Both the position numbers and the translations under genes were made by a program. Positions 52,900-63,377 of a stretch of 64,000 bases of DNA are shown here, in pieces. Every line of letters starts with the position of its first letter. The first letter of the stretch is position 1. Under the pieces are notes generated by a model that saw nothing but the letters and a program-made list of their open reading frames with translations, had not been told where the DNA came from and searched no databases. The stretch is from Oscillospiraceae bacterium (lineage in GTDB: Bacteria > Bacillota > Clostridia > Oscillospirales > Ruminococcaceae). The stretch spans positions 19,955-83,954 of the forward strand of contig JAFRJM010000015.1 in NCBI GenBank assembly GCA_017432285.1, in the 5' to 3' direction.

Positions 52900-54645
52900 T
52901 CAGCCTTCAAGAACCATTTGTGCAAAGAAGTCGTTCGTTCCGGCGAGTTCTTCCTTAGTACCTGCAGCCTCTACCTCTCCATCTTTCATGACGATGATCA
53001 GATCAGCATCGCGTATGGCAGAGTAACTGTGAGCAACCATTATCACTGTTCTCCCTTCCATCAGCGCCTTTAGTCCTTGCTTGACCTCTTCCTCTGTCTT
53101 TTGATCCAGATTTGCTGTCGCTTCATCCAGGATAAGGATCTCCGGATCTTTCAACAGTGCTCTCGCGATTGCAACTCTCTGCTGTTCGCCTCCGGACAGT
53201 TTATCTCCCTTGATTCCGATGTCTCTGTCAAGTCCGTCAGGATGCAGCTGTACGACATCTGTAAGATTAGCCGCTTTCACCGCGTTCATCAGCTCCTCTT
53301 CAGACACCTCGCGGTCTGCTCCATACAGTATGTTTTCACGGATCGTACCTGAGAACAGTGAAGCATCCTGAGACACTACTGCGAACCTGCTTCGCCATGA
53401 TTTAAGCGATACATCCGCTGAGCTTTCATTGCCAAGATATATTTTACCATTACGTGCCACATAAAGACGGTCGATGAGTTTGATGAGAGTGCTCTTGCCG
53501 GATCCATTAGGCCCGATCACAGCTGTTATCTTCCCCTCAGGGATACAGACAGATATATTTCTGACCGTATCTTTATCACCATATCCAAAGGATACAGATT
53601 CCAACCGAATGTCTCCGGTTGTTTCAAGTTCCCTGCCGCTCTCAGTATCCTCTTCCTGCATGCGGAAGATTGATGCTATCTTCTTGGTTCCGCCGCCTGC
53701 AGCAGAGAAATAATTGGGCAGCGTCAGCAGTGCCACCATGGCGAGCTCCAACTGCATTCCAAACATATATATACCATTGATCGGCGCTGTAGTTGATATT
53801 GATCCTGCTTTTATCGCCGCAATCCCACCGAGGAAAGCACAGCTGTAGATGATGATGTATGTGAAATTGCTGGACAAAGCCTGCAATCCGCTTGAAAAAG
53901 CATTGTATAGGGCTGCGTTATATCTTTCATCTATCAGTTCGTTGCTTCGCTCGATCGCTTTCTCTTCGGCAGAAGATGCCTTAATGAATTTGATCCCGTC
54001 CAGATGCTCACTGTAATGGGCAGTCTGAGCAGATATTCTGTTCTGCACAAGAGTAACTGACTTGGATGAGACTTTGATCGTGAAGATCAAAGTGATCAAT
54101 GCCAGAACAAGCGTTATCACTAGATATATAGTGGCTTGAGGCACATCTTTAGGCGCTCCGGAAGATACTGACATGAAATATGTAAGGAGCTGAAGCACTG
54201 TCATAACCGCTGTGAAAGGCCGCGCAGCGTATTCTGCGTCAGATGTCAGCCGAGACAACATACCGTCCGGAGATTCCTCTTCGAACTCTTTCAGCGGCAG
54301 ATGCATCATCTTAGCCCACAGTTTTCTGCGGACACGTGTGACAACAGTGACCAATCCGCGGTCATATATAACAGACGCAAAAATTATCAGGTACTGTATG
54401 AAACTGGCAAGCAGGTATGCCCACAGCGGTTTCAGGCTTGTAAGGCTTCCGTTGAATATTGCGTTGTAGTTGTCGAACTGCGTAAGGATGACGATTGCAT
54501 TGAATACCGCAAGGAACGCTCCTAAAATGATCACGAACCACGGTATCCTCACTCCTTTGAACACAGTTCTCAGGACTTTCTTATTCTCCAGTTCAGAGGC
54601 ATTGTCTGTTTTGCCGTTGTATCTGAAATATTCAGACAGCTTCAT
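52900..54645 (-). CDS. ABC exporter, fused permease/ATPase, partner B
   Basis: 'GPNGSGKST', 'LSGGEQQRVAIARA', 'ILILDEATANLD'. ATG 54645 follows AAGGAGGTG; overlaps the upstream ABC gene by 14 nt. Confidence 0.88.
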   Translation of the reverse strand: MKLSEYFRYNGKTDNASELENKKVLRTVFKGVRIPWFVIILGAFLAVFNAIVILTQFDNYNAIFNGSLTSLKPLWAYLLASFIQYLIIFASVIYDRGLVTVVTRVRRKLWAKMMHLPLKEFEEESPDGMLSRLTSDAEYAARPFTAVMTVLQLLTYFMSVSSGAPKDVPQATIYLVITLVLALITLIFTIKVSSKSVTLVQNRISAQTAHYSEHLDGIKFIKASSAEEKAIERSNELIDERYNAALYNAFSSGLQALSSNFTYIIIYSCAFLGGIAAIKAGSISTTAPINGIYMFGMQLELAMVALLTLPNYFSAAGGGTKKIASIFRMQEEDTESGRELETTGDIRLESVSFGYGDKDTVRNISVCIPEGKITAVIGPNGSGKSTLIKLIDRLYVARNGKIYLGNESSADVSLKSWRSRFAVVSQDASLFSGTIRENILYGADREVSEEELMNAVKAANLTDVVQLHPDGLDRDIGIKGDKLSGGEQQRVAIARALLKDPEILILDEATANLDQKTEEEVKQGLKALMEGRTVIMVAHSYSAIRDADLIIVMKDGEVEAAGTKEELAGTNDFFAQMVLEG

Positions 54646-56374
54646 AGCGAGCACCTCCTTTCACCAGTTCCCTGTAATAGGGCGATTTAAGAAGCAGCTC
54701 CTCGTGTGTTCCTTCAGCTTCCAGTACCCCATCTTTAAGAACTAATACCTTATCCGCATTGCGTACTGTGGAAAGATCATGGGCTACCAGGATCTGTGTG
54801 CGTCCCTGACACGATCTGTCTATCTCGTTCTGGATCTGAGCAGTTGCCCTGACATCAAGCGCACTTGTCGCTTCATCCAGGAGTATGTATTCCGCATCGC
54901 TCAGAAGCACCCTGGCAATTCCGAGTTTCTGGCGCTGTCCACCGGAAAGCTTTTCTCCTCCGTGCCCTATTTCAGCATCCAGGCCTCCCATCTCTTCGAC
55001 AGCATCATAGATGTTCGCGCGTTTCAGCGCATTGATGAGTTCATTGTCGCTGTGATTCTCACTCGAAGAATACTCGAGCATCTCGCGGACGGTCCCCGAA
55101 AACGCAGGCGCGTTCTGAGGAAGATATGCGAACAGGCTTCTGTAGCCTCTAGGTTCCATAGACGATATATCTTCTCCGTTAAGCAAAATGCTGACGGAAG
55201 AAACATCGTAGAATTTTTCTATCAACGTGAGGATCGTGGATTTGCCGCTTCCGCTGTATCCTACAAGAGCCGTCTTCTTACCCTTCTCGATCGTAAATGA
55301 TACATCCTTCAGGACATCGCCTTCATCGCCGTACGAAAAAGTGACGTTCCTGAATTCTATGTCGCCCTTATCCGGAACTATAATATCTTCACTTTTCTCG
55401 TTCTCAAGAGAGAGTACTTCGGACAGTCTGAGCGTCGCTCCCTGGGCTTCTTTAAGATATACCCAGAGTTCAAGGTGCTGGGCAGTGTATGTGCGGAAAG
55501 TGGTGGAGATAAGGATATAGGCATAGAACCCAGCCTGATCTATCTCTCCTTTAAACAACATCATCGCCGGAGGAATAATTATCAGCAAAAGAGGCAGGAA
55601 CCACATCATGTTCTTGATAAATGCTATAGCCTGCTCAACTAGAGCTCCTGTCTTTTTTACCTTGTCCAGTTCAACAATGACTGCATCCCCGGAAGCGATC
55701 TCTTTATCCTCGTTCCCGAATGCCTTGATGATCTCCGCATTGTCGATCTTTTCAGCAAGTTTCGCTGTCAGTTCCGCTATCTTTGTCTGAGTCTCATTTC
55801 GGTCTTTGAATATCATCTTCCCGGAGATAACGGATCCCAGCAGAATAACAGGAACGACCAGCAGCATCGTCACAGCAAGGACCGGCCTGTGCAGGGCAAT
55901 GACCTGAACCGTAGCAGCCACCATATAGTAGATGCGCGGGATCTCATTGATGAACAGGTCAGTCAGAAAGACACTGCTCTTCGTTGTGTCTTCTGTCAGC
56001 CTTGTGATCAGTTCACGCGGATCGCCTTTTTCGATATCTGATGATTTCAGATAGAAGACCTGACTCACCGCGTATTTCTGAAGGTTTCTGTCTACCTGTG
56101 CAGTGACTATCCCCTGAAGATGAGCGCTCACTACTTTTACAATGACAGACAGTATTCCTATTCCGAACAGAAGAATGATGTCCGGTATCGCTCCGTTCAG
56201 ATCTGCAGCTGCCGTAAGCTCGCTCATCCTGTTGGCGAAGATCAGTGCCAGCTGAGCAGTGCATAGGCTGAGACAAAAGCAGACTGCTATCAAAGCCCAG
56301 GGCAATCCCGCCTTGAACAGCATGTCAAAGTAATGTTTCCAAATATCCCGGTTGCTGCGCTTCACAGCATCCAT
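54632..56374 (-). CDS. ABC exporter, fused permease/ATPase, partner A
   Basis: 'GYSGSGKST', 'LSGGQRQKLGIARV', 'YILLDEATSALD'. AGGAGGA RBS. Confidence 0.88.
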   Translation of the reverse strand: MDAVKRSNRDIWKHYFDMLFKAGLPWALIAVCFCLSLCTAQLALIFANRMSELTAAADLNGAIPDIILLFGIGILSVIVKVVSAHLQGIVTAQVDRNLQKYAVSQVFYLKSSDIEKGDPRELITRLTEDTTKSSVFLTDLFINEIPRIYYMVAATVQVIALHRPVLAVTMLLVVPVILLGSVISGKMIFKDRNETQTKIAELTAKLAEKIDNAEIIKAFGNEDKEIASGDAVIVELDKVKKTGALVEQAIAFIKNMMWFLPLLLIIIPPAMMLFKGEIDQAGFYAYILISTTFRTYTAQHLELWVYLKEAQGATLRLSEVLSLENEKSEDIIVPDKGDIEFRNVTFSYGDEGDVLKDVSFTIEKGKKTALVGYSGSGKSTILTLIEKFYDVSSVSILLNGEDISSMEPRGYRSLFAYLPQNAPAFSGTVREMLEYSSSENHSDNELINALKRANIYDAVEEMGGLDAEIGHGGEKLSGGQRQKLGIARVLLSDAEYILLDEATSALDVRATAQIQNEIDRSCQGRTQILVAHDLSTVRNADKVLVLKDGVLEAEGTHEELLLKSPYYRELVKGGARYEAV

Positions 56375-56394
56375 TTTCTATGTCCTCCTGCTAA

Positions 56395-57345
56395 TTATTT
56401 AGGTAATTGCTCTTTGAGGTATTCTTCCAGATCAGGGTATGCTTTCTTAACCACGTCTTTCATCTGAGGCGAGATTATAAACGCATGACACAGACCGTCA
56501 TAAGTCTTCAGCTCCGCATCTACTCCGGCTTCCCGAAGTTTCTCATACATCATCACTGAATCATCCAGCAGGCACTCGCAGTTGCTCGCAGTGAGCAATA
56601 CATGGGGCAATCCCCTCAGATCAGCATATAACGGAGATATGTAGGGATCATTTACATTCTCTTCGTTGTAGTAGACGCCCATCATATTCTCCATGATGCC
56701 CATAGTAACTATAAAATCCGTCTTGAGAGAGCATCTGCGGTAGCTTTCTGTATATTCTGAGAACTGGCTTGCCATTGAATTCGGGAATAAAGATTTCGGA
56801 AGAGGAAGGCCCATGTCTCTTGCCTTCAAAGCCAAGCACACAGCGAGATTTCCTCCCGCAGATTCACCTATGACCACGATCCTGTCCGGTGAATATTTTT
56901 CATGCAAGTATTTATAGCCATCTATACAGTCATTTACCTGACAAGGAGCCTTATACTCGGGAGCCAGTCTGTAATCTATGGAGAAAACGTCGTAGCCGAA
57001 CTTCTTTACGAGATATGATACGAAAGTCATCCTGCTTTTTGTGCAGGAATTGGTAAAACCTCCTCCATGAATGTAATAGATGATGCAGTCATGCGGGTTA
57101 CTGGACCTAGATACCATCCATCCTCCACATTCAGGCAAACTGACCTCTTCGAGTTCAAGGCCTTCGATCAGTTCTTTATCACAAGTCCTGATATTCCTGT
57201 CCTGTGCGCGGTTTTCCGCAGCCATCTTTTCCATGACCTGCTTTTTCTCTTCTTCAGAAAAGATCTTAGGTTTGTAGCCTGTCACCATTACAAACACTTT
57301 TTTCCATAACGTTGAGAAATCCAATTCTGTACTCTCCTGTGGCAT
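56395..57345 (-). CDS. Hormone-sensitive-lipase-family alpha/beta hydrolase (esterase/lipase)
   Basis: 'IYYIHGGGFTN' oxyanion HGGG motif and 'VIGESAGGNLA' nucleophile elbow. TAATG overlap with the upstream gene. Confidence 0.85.
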   Translation of the reverse strand: MPQESTELDFSTLWKKVFVMVTGYKPKIFSEEEKKQVMEKMAAENRAQDRNIRTCDKELIEGLELEEVSLPECGGWMVSRSSNPHDCIIYYIHGGGFTNSCTKSRMTFVSYLVKKFGYDVFSIDYRLAPEYKAPCQVNDCIDGYKYLHEKYSPDRIVVIGESAGGNLAVCLALKARDMGLPLPKSLFPNSMASQFSEYTESYRRCSLKTDFIVTMGIMENMMGVYYNEENVNDPYISPLYADLRGLPHVLLTASNCECLLDDSVMMYEKLREAGVDAELKTYDGLCHAFIISPQMKDVVKKAYPDLEEYLKEQLPK

Positions 57346-58298
57346 TAACCCATATAGTTTATCTTTTCAGCAGTCTCCCGGTCGTATGGACAGTTGTCCC
57401 AGTCGATCCTTCGTTCGGTGTTTGCATAGTCTATTATGCGGATAGACTTGAGCCAGCCGTCCGCTGCACGCTCGTAGAAGCTGATCCCGGGTTCGGAAAG
57501 ACGATATCTCTCTTCCCTTCCGCGCTTGGTTATGAGCTGCTCCCATTCCACACAGCAGATACGTCCGTCATCTATTATCGTTTCCATCCGGAGCTGTACG
57601 AAATCCTGAAGATTATACTTCGGGGCTTCAACATCAGACGGCAGAGCCACCTGCGAATTCAGTTCATCGAACATCCCTTCAAAGTATGGATCTTCACCAT
57701 ATGACGCACCCATCTTTATCGGCTCAGTATGAGTAAGTGTCTCGGGAATATGAGACATACCAAGTTCATGCACCGTTTTGAAATAGAAAGGCATGACACC
57801 GCTGAGCATCCTATGTCTAAGTTCAAAAGTTCTCTCTTCCGGGAAAATCGGCGGACGATAGATAGGATATCCCTCTACCAGGGCAGGATTCATGTAAGTA
57901 CGAAGCTCATCGATGCGTGAGCCTCCATCACGAAGATCTGCAACACATGCCATAGGGATCTCTTTAGTGCTTCCATCTTTCATGTTAAAGATGAAAACGA
58001 ATTCCAAGGCTGATCTGCAGCCGCTCTGGATCTGATTTACAGGCTCCACTTCACCGGATTCTGCATGAAACCACGTGTACCATGTATCGACAAAATTCTT
58101 TATATCAGACAATCCTTCATATCTCCCATGAGGAGAGTCTACCGCTGAAAGACCGCCAAACTGTTTATTCTCTTCAAACAGTGCCAATGCTTCTTCCGCA
58201 TTGCCTGAAGCAAGCGCACAAAGGAACCTGATCTCAGGAGAATCCGCATTTTTTATTCCATCAGCTAATCCGTAACGGTTGCCAAACAAAGTCTTCAT
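57345..58298 (-). CDS. Hypothetical protein (possibly tandem NTF2/SnoaL-like folds)
   Basis: 317 aa. The coding call is supported by RBS and coupling. The fold guess rests only on a loose alpha+beta pattern, so confidence in function is low. Confidence 0.4.
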   Translation of the reverse strand: MKTLFGNRYGLADGIKNADSPEIRFLCALASGNAEEALALFEENKQFGGLSAVDSPHGRYEGLSDIKNFVDTWYTWFHAESGEVEPVNQIQSGCRSALEFVFIFNMKDGSTKEIPMACVADLRDGGSRIDELRTYMNPALVEGYPIYRPPIFPEERTFELRHRMLSGVMPFYFKTVHELGMSHIPETLTHTEPIKMGASYGEDPYFEGMFDELNSQVALPSDVEAPKYNLQDFVQLRMETIIDDGRICCVEWEQLITKRGREERYRLSEPGISFYERAADGWLKSIRIIDYANTERRIDWDNCPYDRETAEKINYMG

Positions 58299-58686
58299 GT
58301 ATATTGATTTCCTCCATAAATGTCAGTGCTGTACTCATCTTTTATTCTCAAAATATCTAATAATAATATAATGCAAAACTGCTTGTTGAGGCTCATAAAT
58401 TTGCAATTATTCTATGAAGTTTTCTCAAATAATAAGAGAGCATAATAGTATGTATCGACCTCAAAGCCAAATAAATAATTATGCTGTTTTTTCAGCAAGA
58501 ACAGCAGTAAATATACGAGCAAAAACTTGTATTGCCTTTACGAATATTCGTTTATGATAACGATTGATATGGATTGCAAATATGCTCTATTTTGAGAGGA
58601 AATCCCTTTATTAAGAGGCGGAATTATGATAAATTTGATTTGTTAGGTAATAACAAAATTATAGAAATGAGAGGAAGTTGTAAAAG

Positions 58687-59700
58687 ATGTATTTGAAGAA
58701 ACTGTACAACGATCTCGATACGTTGGTCGATGAGGCAATGGCAGGAAGCAGACTGATTGCACAGCCTGACGCGGACAAATATTCCCGCGTTCTTCCTAAT
58801 TCCAGGATCACCGTACGCACAGACAAGTATAAGAAGCCGAAGGGCTTGGTAAAGCTTACGATGGGCGGCGGTGCCGGACATGAAGGCCCTCCCGGAATAT
58901 TCATCAGACCCGGCGGATTCGACGCAATGACTCAGGGAGATATCTTCACAGCCCCGTCTGCAATGCAGATGTTCCGTGCCATTCAGGAGATCGATGATGG
59001 AAGCCCGATCATTATGAACGTAGCCAGACATGCAGGTGACGTCCTCAATGCAAAACTGTGCAAACAGCTTTGTGAAGCGCATGGCATCGACAGAGTTTCC
59101 CTCTGCATCGGGGGTAACGATGTCGCCTCTGCACCGAAAGGACACGAGAAAGAGCGCCGCGCAATTGGCGGAGCACTGAGCGCTACATCCATAATGGCAG
59201 AATGCGGTGAGAGCGTTGAAGAGATCCTCAGAGTAGCAGATAAATGTGACAGCTTGTCCAGATCCTATGGTGTCGGTATTCGAAGTGCTATTCACCCGAT
59301 CTCTGGACTTCCCATTATGGCGATGCCTGAAGATGAGATCGAGATGGGAATCGGTGTTCATGGTGAATCAAGCGGAAACCGCATCAAGCTACCCAGAAGC
59401 CGTGAACTGGCACAGATGGTATGCAAGATCCTTCTGGACGATATGCCTATCCCCTCCGGTTCCGACATAGTGCTAAGCCTTGGCGGTCTCGGCGGTATGA
59501 CCTGGACCGAACTGGACATCTTGTATAAAGATATATATGAATTCCTCGTTTATGACTGCGGATTGAACATCTGGCGTCACAGAGTAAGCAACTCCGGTAC
59601 CCAGGAACTCGGCGGATTCATCCTCTCTATCGGTCATCCTGATGATGAGATAAAGAAATGGATGACAACAGGCTTGCCAAAAGGCCTGTATCCGGACTGA
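58687..59700 (+). CDS. dhaK: Dihydroxyacetone-kinase-type substrate-binding subunit (DhaK/Dak1 domain)
   Basis: 'LTMGGGAGHEG' (compare GGGSGHEP), 'MNVARHAGD', 'EIEMGIGVHGESSG' (covalent-His motif GIHGE). Confidence 0.85.
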   Translation: MYLKKLYNDLDTLVDEAMAGSRLIAQPDADKYSRVLPNSRITVRTDKYKKPKGLVKLTMGGGAGHEGPPGIFIRPGGFDAMTQGDIFTAPSAMQMFRAIQEIDDGSPIIMNVARHAGDVLNAKLCKQLCEAHGIDRVSLCIGGNDVASAPKGHEKERRAIGGALSATSIMAECGESVEEILRVADKCDSLSRSYGVGIRSAIHPISGLPIMAMPEDEIEMGIGVHGESSGNRIKLPRSRELAQMVCKILLDDMPIPSGSDIVLSLGGLGGMTWTELDILYKDIYEFLVYDCGLNIWRHRVSNSGTQELGGFILSIGHPDDEIKKWMTTGLPKGLYPD

Positions 59701-59730
59701 TAGAACGCAGATAAGAAAGGTGTTTAAACG

Positions 59731-60351
59731 ATGAAAGTAGAAGATCTTAAAAGAGCAGTATTCGCTGGAGCAGACAATGTCATATCCAGAGAGATCGAAC
59801 TCTGCGAGCTTGACTCATTCGTAGGTGACGGTGACCATGGTATCACCGTTCGCAAGGGATATCAGAAAGTCGAAAGTTCTATCAATGAGCAGAACCCTGA
59901 TACCATGAGCGGACTTATGCTTAGCGCAGGTATGGGGCTTGCAGATACCGCCGGCGGAGCTATCGGACCGATCCTCGCCTCCATGTTCCTCGGCTTTGCA
60001 GATTCTCTCAAGGGAAAAGAAGAGATCGGCGTATCCGACCTTGCAGACATGTTTGAAAACGGACTTGCAAGAGTTCAGGATCTTGGCGGGGCTCAGCCCG
60101 GCGACTGCACGATGGTTGACACACTGCTGCCATTTGTCGAATCTCTTAAGAACGCAGAGACAGATGATGTTAAAGAAGCTCTCCAGCAGGCAGCTGAAAA
60201 AGGATTCGAGGGATCAGAAGCGACAAGAGATATGATCCCGAAACTTGGTAGAGCTAAAAACCTGGCAGAGAGAGCCATAGGCTATATCGATGCCGGTTCA
60301 AGATCAATGTATTACTTCCTCAAGGGATTTGCTGACAACGCTGTTGTCTGA
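59731..60351 (+). CDS. dhaL: Dihydroxyacetone-kinase ADP-binding subunit (DhaL/Dak2 domain)
   Basis: 'LDSFVGDGDHGITVRKG' (DA..GDGDhG motif) and 'GGAIGPILASMF'. Confidence 0.85.
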   Translation: MKVEDLKRAVFAGADNVISREIELCELDSFVGDGDHGITVRKGYQKVESSINEQNPDTMSGLMLSAGMGLADTAGGAIGPILASMFLGFADSLKGKEEIGVSDLADMFENGLARVQDLGGAQPGDCTMVDTLLPFVESLKNAETDDVKEALQQAAEKGFEGSEATRDMIPKLGRAKNLAERAIGYIDAGSRSMYYFLKGFADNAVV

Positions 60352-60389
60352 TAAGACCGTGAGAACAGATAATCTGAAAGGAGTTATTC

Positions 60390-61550
60390 ATGAAATTCAA
60401 TTTCCACGTACCTACCGCTGTACGCTTTGGTATCGGAGTAGTTGACGGCCTTGGCAAGACCGTGGCTCCCTATGGCAAAAAGGCTCTGCTCGTATACGGA
60501 GGCAGCAGCATTAAGCGCAATGGCGTATATGATGCCGTTACTAAATCTCTGAAAGAAGCCGGGATCGAATGGTTCGAACTCCCCGGCGTCGAACCGAACC
60601 CGCATATGACCACTGTAGATAAAGGCTGGCAGATCTGCAAAGAGAACGGTGTTGATTTCATCGTCGCAGCCGGAGGTGGCAGTTCTGTTGACTGTGCCAA
60701 GGGCGTAGCAGCTGCAACAGCTTATGACTGCTCAGTAGTTACACTTATGGACAATCACACTCCTGTTACGAAAGCTCTCCCGCTCTTCGTAGTTCTCACA
60801 CTGGCAGCTACAGGATCAGAGATGGACAGCGGCGGTGTTATCACTGATACAGTAAAGAAGATCAAAGGCGGCGTATTCGGCCCTGCTCTTGCTCCTACCG
60901 TTTCCTTCCTTGATCCCTCATATACATATACAGTTCCGAAACGCCAGACAGCTGCTGGCACAGCAGATATCTACACCCACACTATCGAGAACTATTTTGA
61001 CACAGCAAAAGATACATATTTCGTAGACGGCGTAGCAGAAAGCATTCTTAAGACCTGTATCAAGTATGGTCCTATAGCCATTGCTGATCCTGAGAATGAG
61101 GAAGCCAGATCCAACCTGATGTGGGCATCCCCCTGGGCAATCAATGGCCTCATCGGATGCGGAAGGAATGAAGGCTGGTCTCTGCACGGCATGCAGCATC
61201 CTATCGGCGCATGGTATGACATCACCCATGGTGAAGGACTTGCTATCCTTATGCCTCACTGGATGAGAAGGGTACTCAACGATGACACTCTCTTCAAATT
61301 TGTTCAGTACGGTGTCAATGTATTCGGAATCGATCCCAACCTCGATCCTTATGATATCGCCAATAAAGCAATCGAATGCACTGAAGATTTCCTGTTTAAC
61401 AAACTTGAGATCCCCAGAACGCTTTCGGAGATCGGTGTCGATGACAAGCACTTCGATGAGATGGCGACAGACGCAGCTGCAGGTCTTGCACACGGATTCG
61501 TTCCTCTCACCAAGGAAGATGTAATCGAGATCTACAAAAAAGCACTTTAA
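60390..61550 (+). CDS. Iron-containing (group III) alcohol dehydrogenase
   Basis: 'DFIVAAGGGSSVDCAKG', 'TLAATGSEMD', 'HGMQHPIGAWYDITHGEGLAILMPHW'. AAAGGAG RBS. Confidence 0.9.
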   Translation: MKFNFHVPTAVRFGIGVVDGLGKTVAPYGKKALLVYGGSSIKRNGVYDAVTKSLKEAGIEWFELPGVEPNPHMTTVDKGWQICKENGVDFIVAAGGGSSVDCAKGVAAATAYDCSVVTLMDNHTPVTKALPLFVVLTLAATGSEMDSGGVITDTVKKIKGGVFGPALAPTVSFLDPSYTYTVPKRQTAAGTADIYTHTIENYFDTAKDTYFVDGVAESILKTCIKYGPIAIADPENEEARSNLMWASPWAINGLIGCGRNEGWSLHGMQHPIGAWYDITHGEGLAILMPHWMRRVLNDDTLFKFVQYGVNVFGIDPNLDPYDIANKAIECTEDFLFNKLEIPRTLSEIGVDDKHFDEMATDAAAGLAHGFVPLTKEDVIEIYKKAL

Positions 61551-61569
61551 ACAATTTCCTCACATAAAG

Positions 61570-61597
61570 AATGAGAGACCCGCGAGGGTCTCTCATT
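61570..61597. terminator. Bidirectional terminator
   Basis: AATGAGAGACCC-gcga-GGGTCTCTCATT, perfect 12 bp with a GNRA-like loop. Confidence 0.8.
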
Positions 61598-61611
61598 TCA
61601 TATTATAAGAA

Positions 61612-63105
61612 TTAATTGTAATAGTATGGGGCAAACGGAGTGTCTCTCTCATCCGGTACATCTGCATAGATCCCTGCATAGCGGCAGAATTCTTTCAGCC
61701 TGCGGACGACTTCTTCGCCTCCCTCGATCTCGATCATGTGGTGGACATATGGCCCGTACATGACTGCCTGTTCGAATTTCTGCCAGTCCTTGAATTCGCC
61801 CCAGATATAGTGCTGGCGTGTAAAGGGGCCGTCAACACCTTTGAAGTTGCCCATGAGGAAGGAATATTTGTTATCCATACCATCAAAACGACCTATCGTA
61901 TATGTGCCGGGTCTGACTTCCATTCCGCTCTGGGCTCCGAAGTGCCCTTTGATGATATACGGATCAAAGTTGTGATTTCCGCCAATTGACGGAGGATAAA
62001 CTGCGGTGTGCCAGATCAGCTCAACGTTCGGATCTGTGGGATGATTGGCTGTGAATTCGCCGAAGAAAGGAAGCTTCTCGCCGAAAACTGCGGAGGACAT
62101 CAATACTTCTGTTATTCCGCCAAGAACATCTCCTTCAAACATGACAGGCAGCCCTTCATTTGCGGCCATCTGCATATCCATCATACCGGTGTTGCCTACT
62201 TCACCAAGGAAACTGTTATCAACTGCTATTGCGGAGCATCCTGTGGTTTTGAACATATCTCTGTAGAACAGCAATGCAGCAGCACCATTTTTGAATGTAT
62301 CAGAATCGACAAGGTCCTCGTCTACTACCGGGAAATACGAAAGGAATTCATCTATTATAGGCTGAAGTTCGTCCTTCCTGTTTTCGAGGATATCCTTTAC
62401 TTTCTTTCCTGCTTCGATCACTGACATCGGGAATATCTCGATCCCGAACTTCTCAAGCAGCTCATCTTCATTGACCATCATGCTGGTGAATGCCAGCGGA
62501 CGGTTGCCGAGCTGCATCACACGCATATTTTTCCAGTTCTTCAGCATGCATGTGACAGCTGCGAAATCAGTGAAATACTTCGCGAATACTTCTGAATCGA
62601 CCTTGCTTGTAGGGATCTCAGTGAATTTCACATGGTAGCGCTGCAGCAGCTTTGAAAGAGCAAAGAGGCCACACTGTCCGTCAAGCAGACGCTCACCGTA
62701 TTCTGAATCCCTTATATCCTTTGTCTCTGTAATTCCGAAATGCTCTTCCTGCGGAGCCCAGATGAGTGTGGGCAAGCCCATAAGCTGTCCGAGTTTTCCA
62801 CCGACTTCCTCGCTGCCGAAGTTTATGTTGGGAATGAACAGTGCATCTATTTTCTGTGAACGGAAGAATTCAGCAATGCTCTCTGCCTGGCTATACTCGT
62901 ACATCATGCCATCATCAGTGACGCCTTCAAGATCTACGAATTCAACATGTTCGTTGCCGAAATGCTCCTTAATGTAGGGTAGTACTTTGTCCATCATTTC
63001 ATATGCAGCTCCGGCGCTCCAAATACCCTTGCTATTCCGTCCGCCAAAGCCCGGCATGTTCCTTCGGCATGGTGCGATGCCTATTTTAACCTTGTAACTA
63101 ATCAT
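61612..63105 (-). CDS. L-fucose/L-arabinose isomerase-family protein
   Basis: 497 aa. N-terminus 'KIGIAPCRRNMPGF..' and the overall size and pattern resemble the FucI/AraA-like sugar isomerase family. Assignment from memory only. Confidence 0.55.
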   Translation of the reverse strand: MISYKVKIGIAPCRRNMPGFGGRNSKGIWSAGAAYEMMDKVLPYIKEHFGNEHVEFVDLEGVTDDGMMYEYSQAESIAEFFRSQKIDALFIPNINFGSEEVGGKLGQLMGLPTLIWAPQEEHFGITETKDIRDSEYGERLLDGQCGLFALSKLLQRYHVKFTEIPTSKVDSEVFAKYFTDFAAVTCMLKNWKNMRVMQLGNRPLAFTSMMVNEDELLEKFGIEIFPMSVIEAGKKVKDILENRKDELQPIIDEFLSYFPVVDEDLVDSDTFKNGAAALLFYRDMFKTTGCSAIAVDNSFLGEVGNTGMMDMQMAANEGLPVMFEGDVLGGITEVLMSSAVFGEKLPFFGEFTANHPTDPNVELIWHTAVYPPSIGGNHNFDPYIIKGHFGAQSGMEVRPGTYTIGRFDGMDNKYSFLMGNFKGVDGPFTRQHYIWGEFKDWQKFEQAVMYGPYVHHMIEIEGGEEVVRRLKEFCRYAGIYADVPDERDTPFAPYYYN

Positions 63106-63377
63106 TTATACTTCTCCTCTTCCGTTATCCCCTGATATATTGAGCACACACTCGGTCCTTCCAAATCTTTTAGAAACCATAAGCCGCGCAGATCGATCAG
63201 AACAACTCCGGACAACATAAAATTGTTTTAGAAAATACCTTTTCCTAATTAATATTTTACTCTTTATCTCCTCCCTTTGTAAATCGAATGGAATCATAAT
63301 TCGCCCGCATATTGTTCGTTATTGTTCCGAGTTGTATAATTAGGAAAAATCGTATTACTTCAGGAGGTCACTATATT

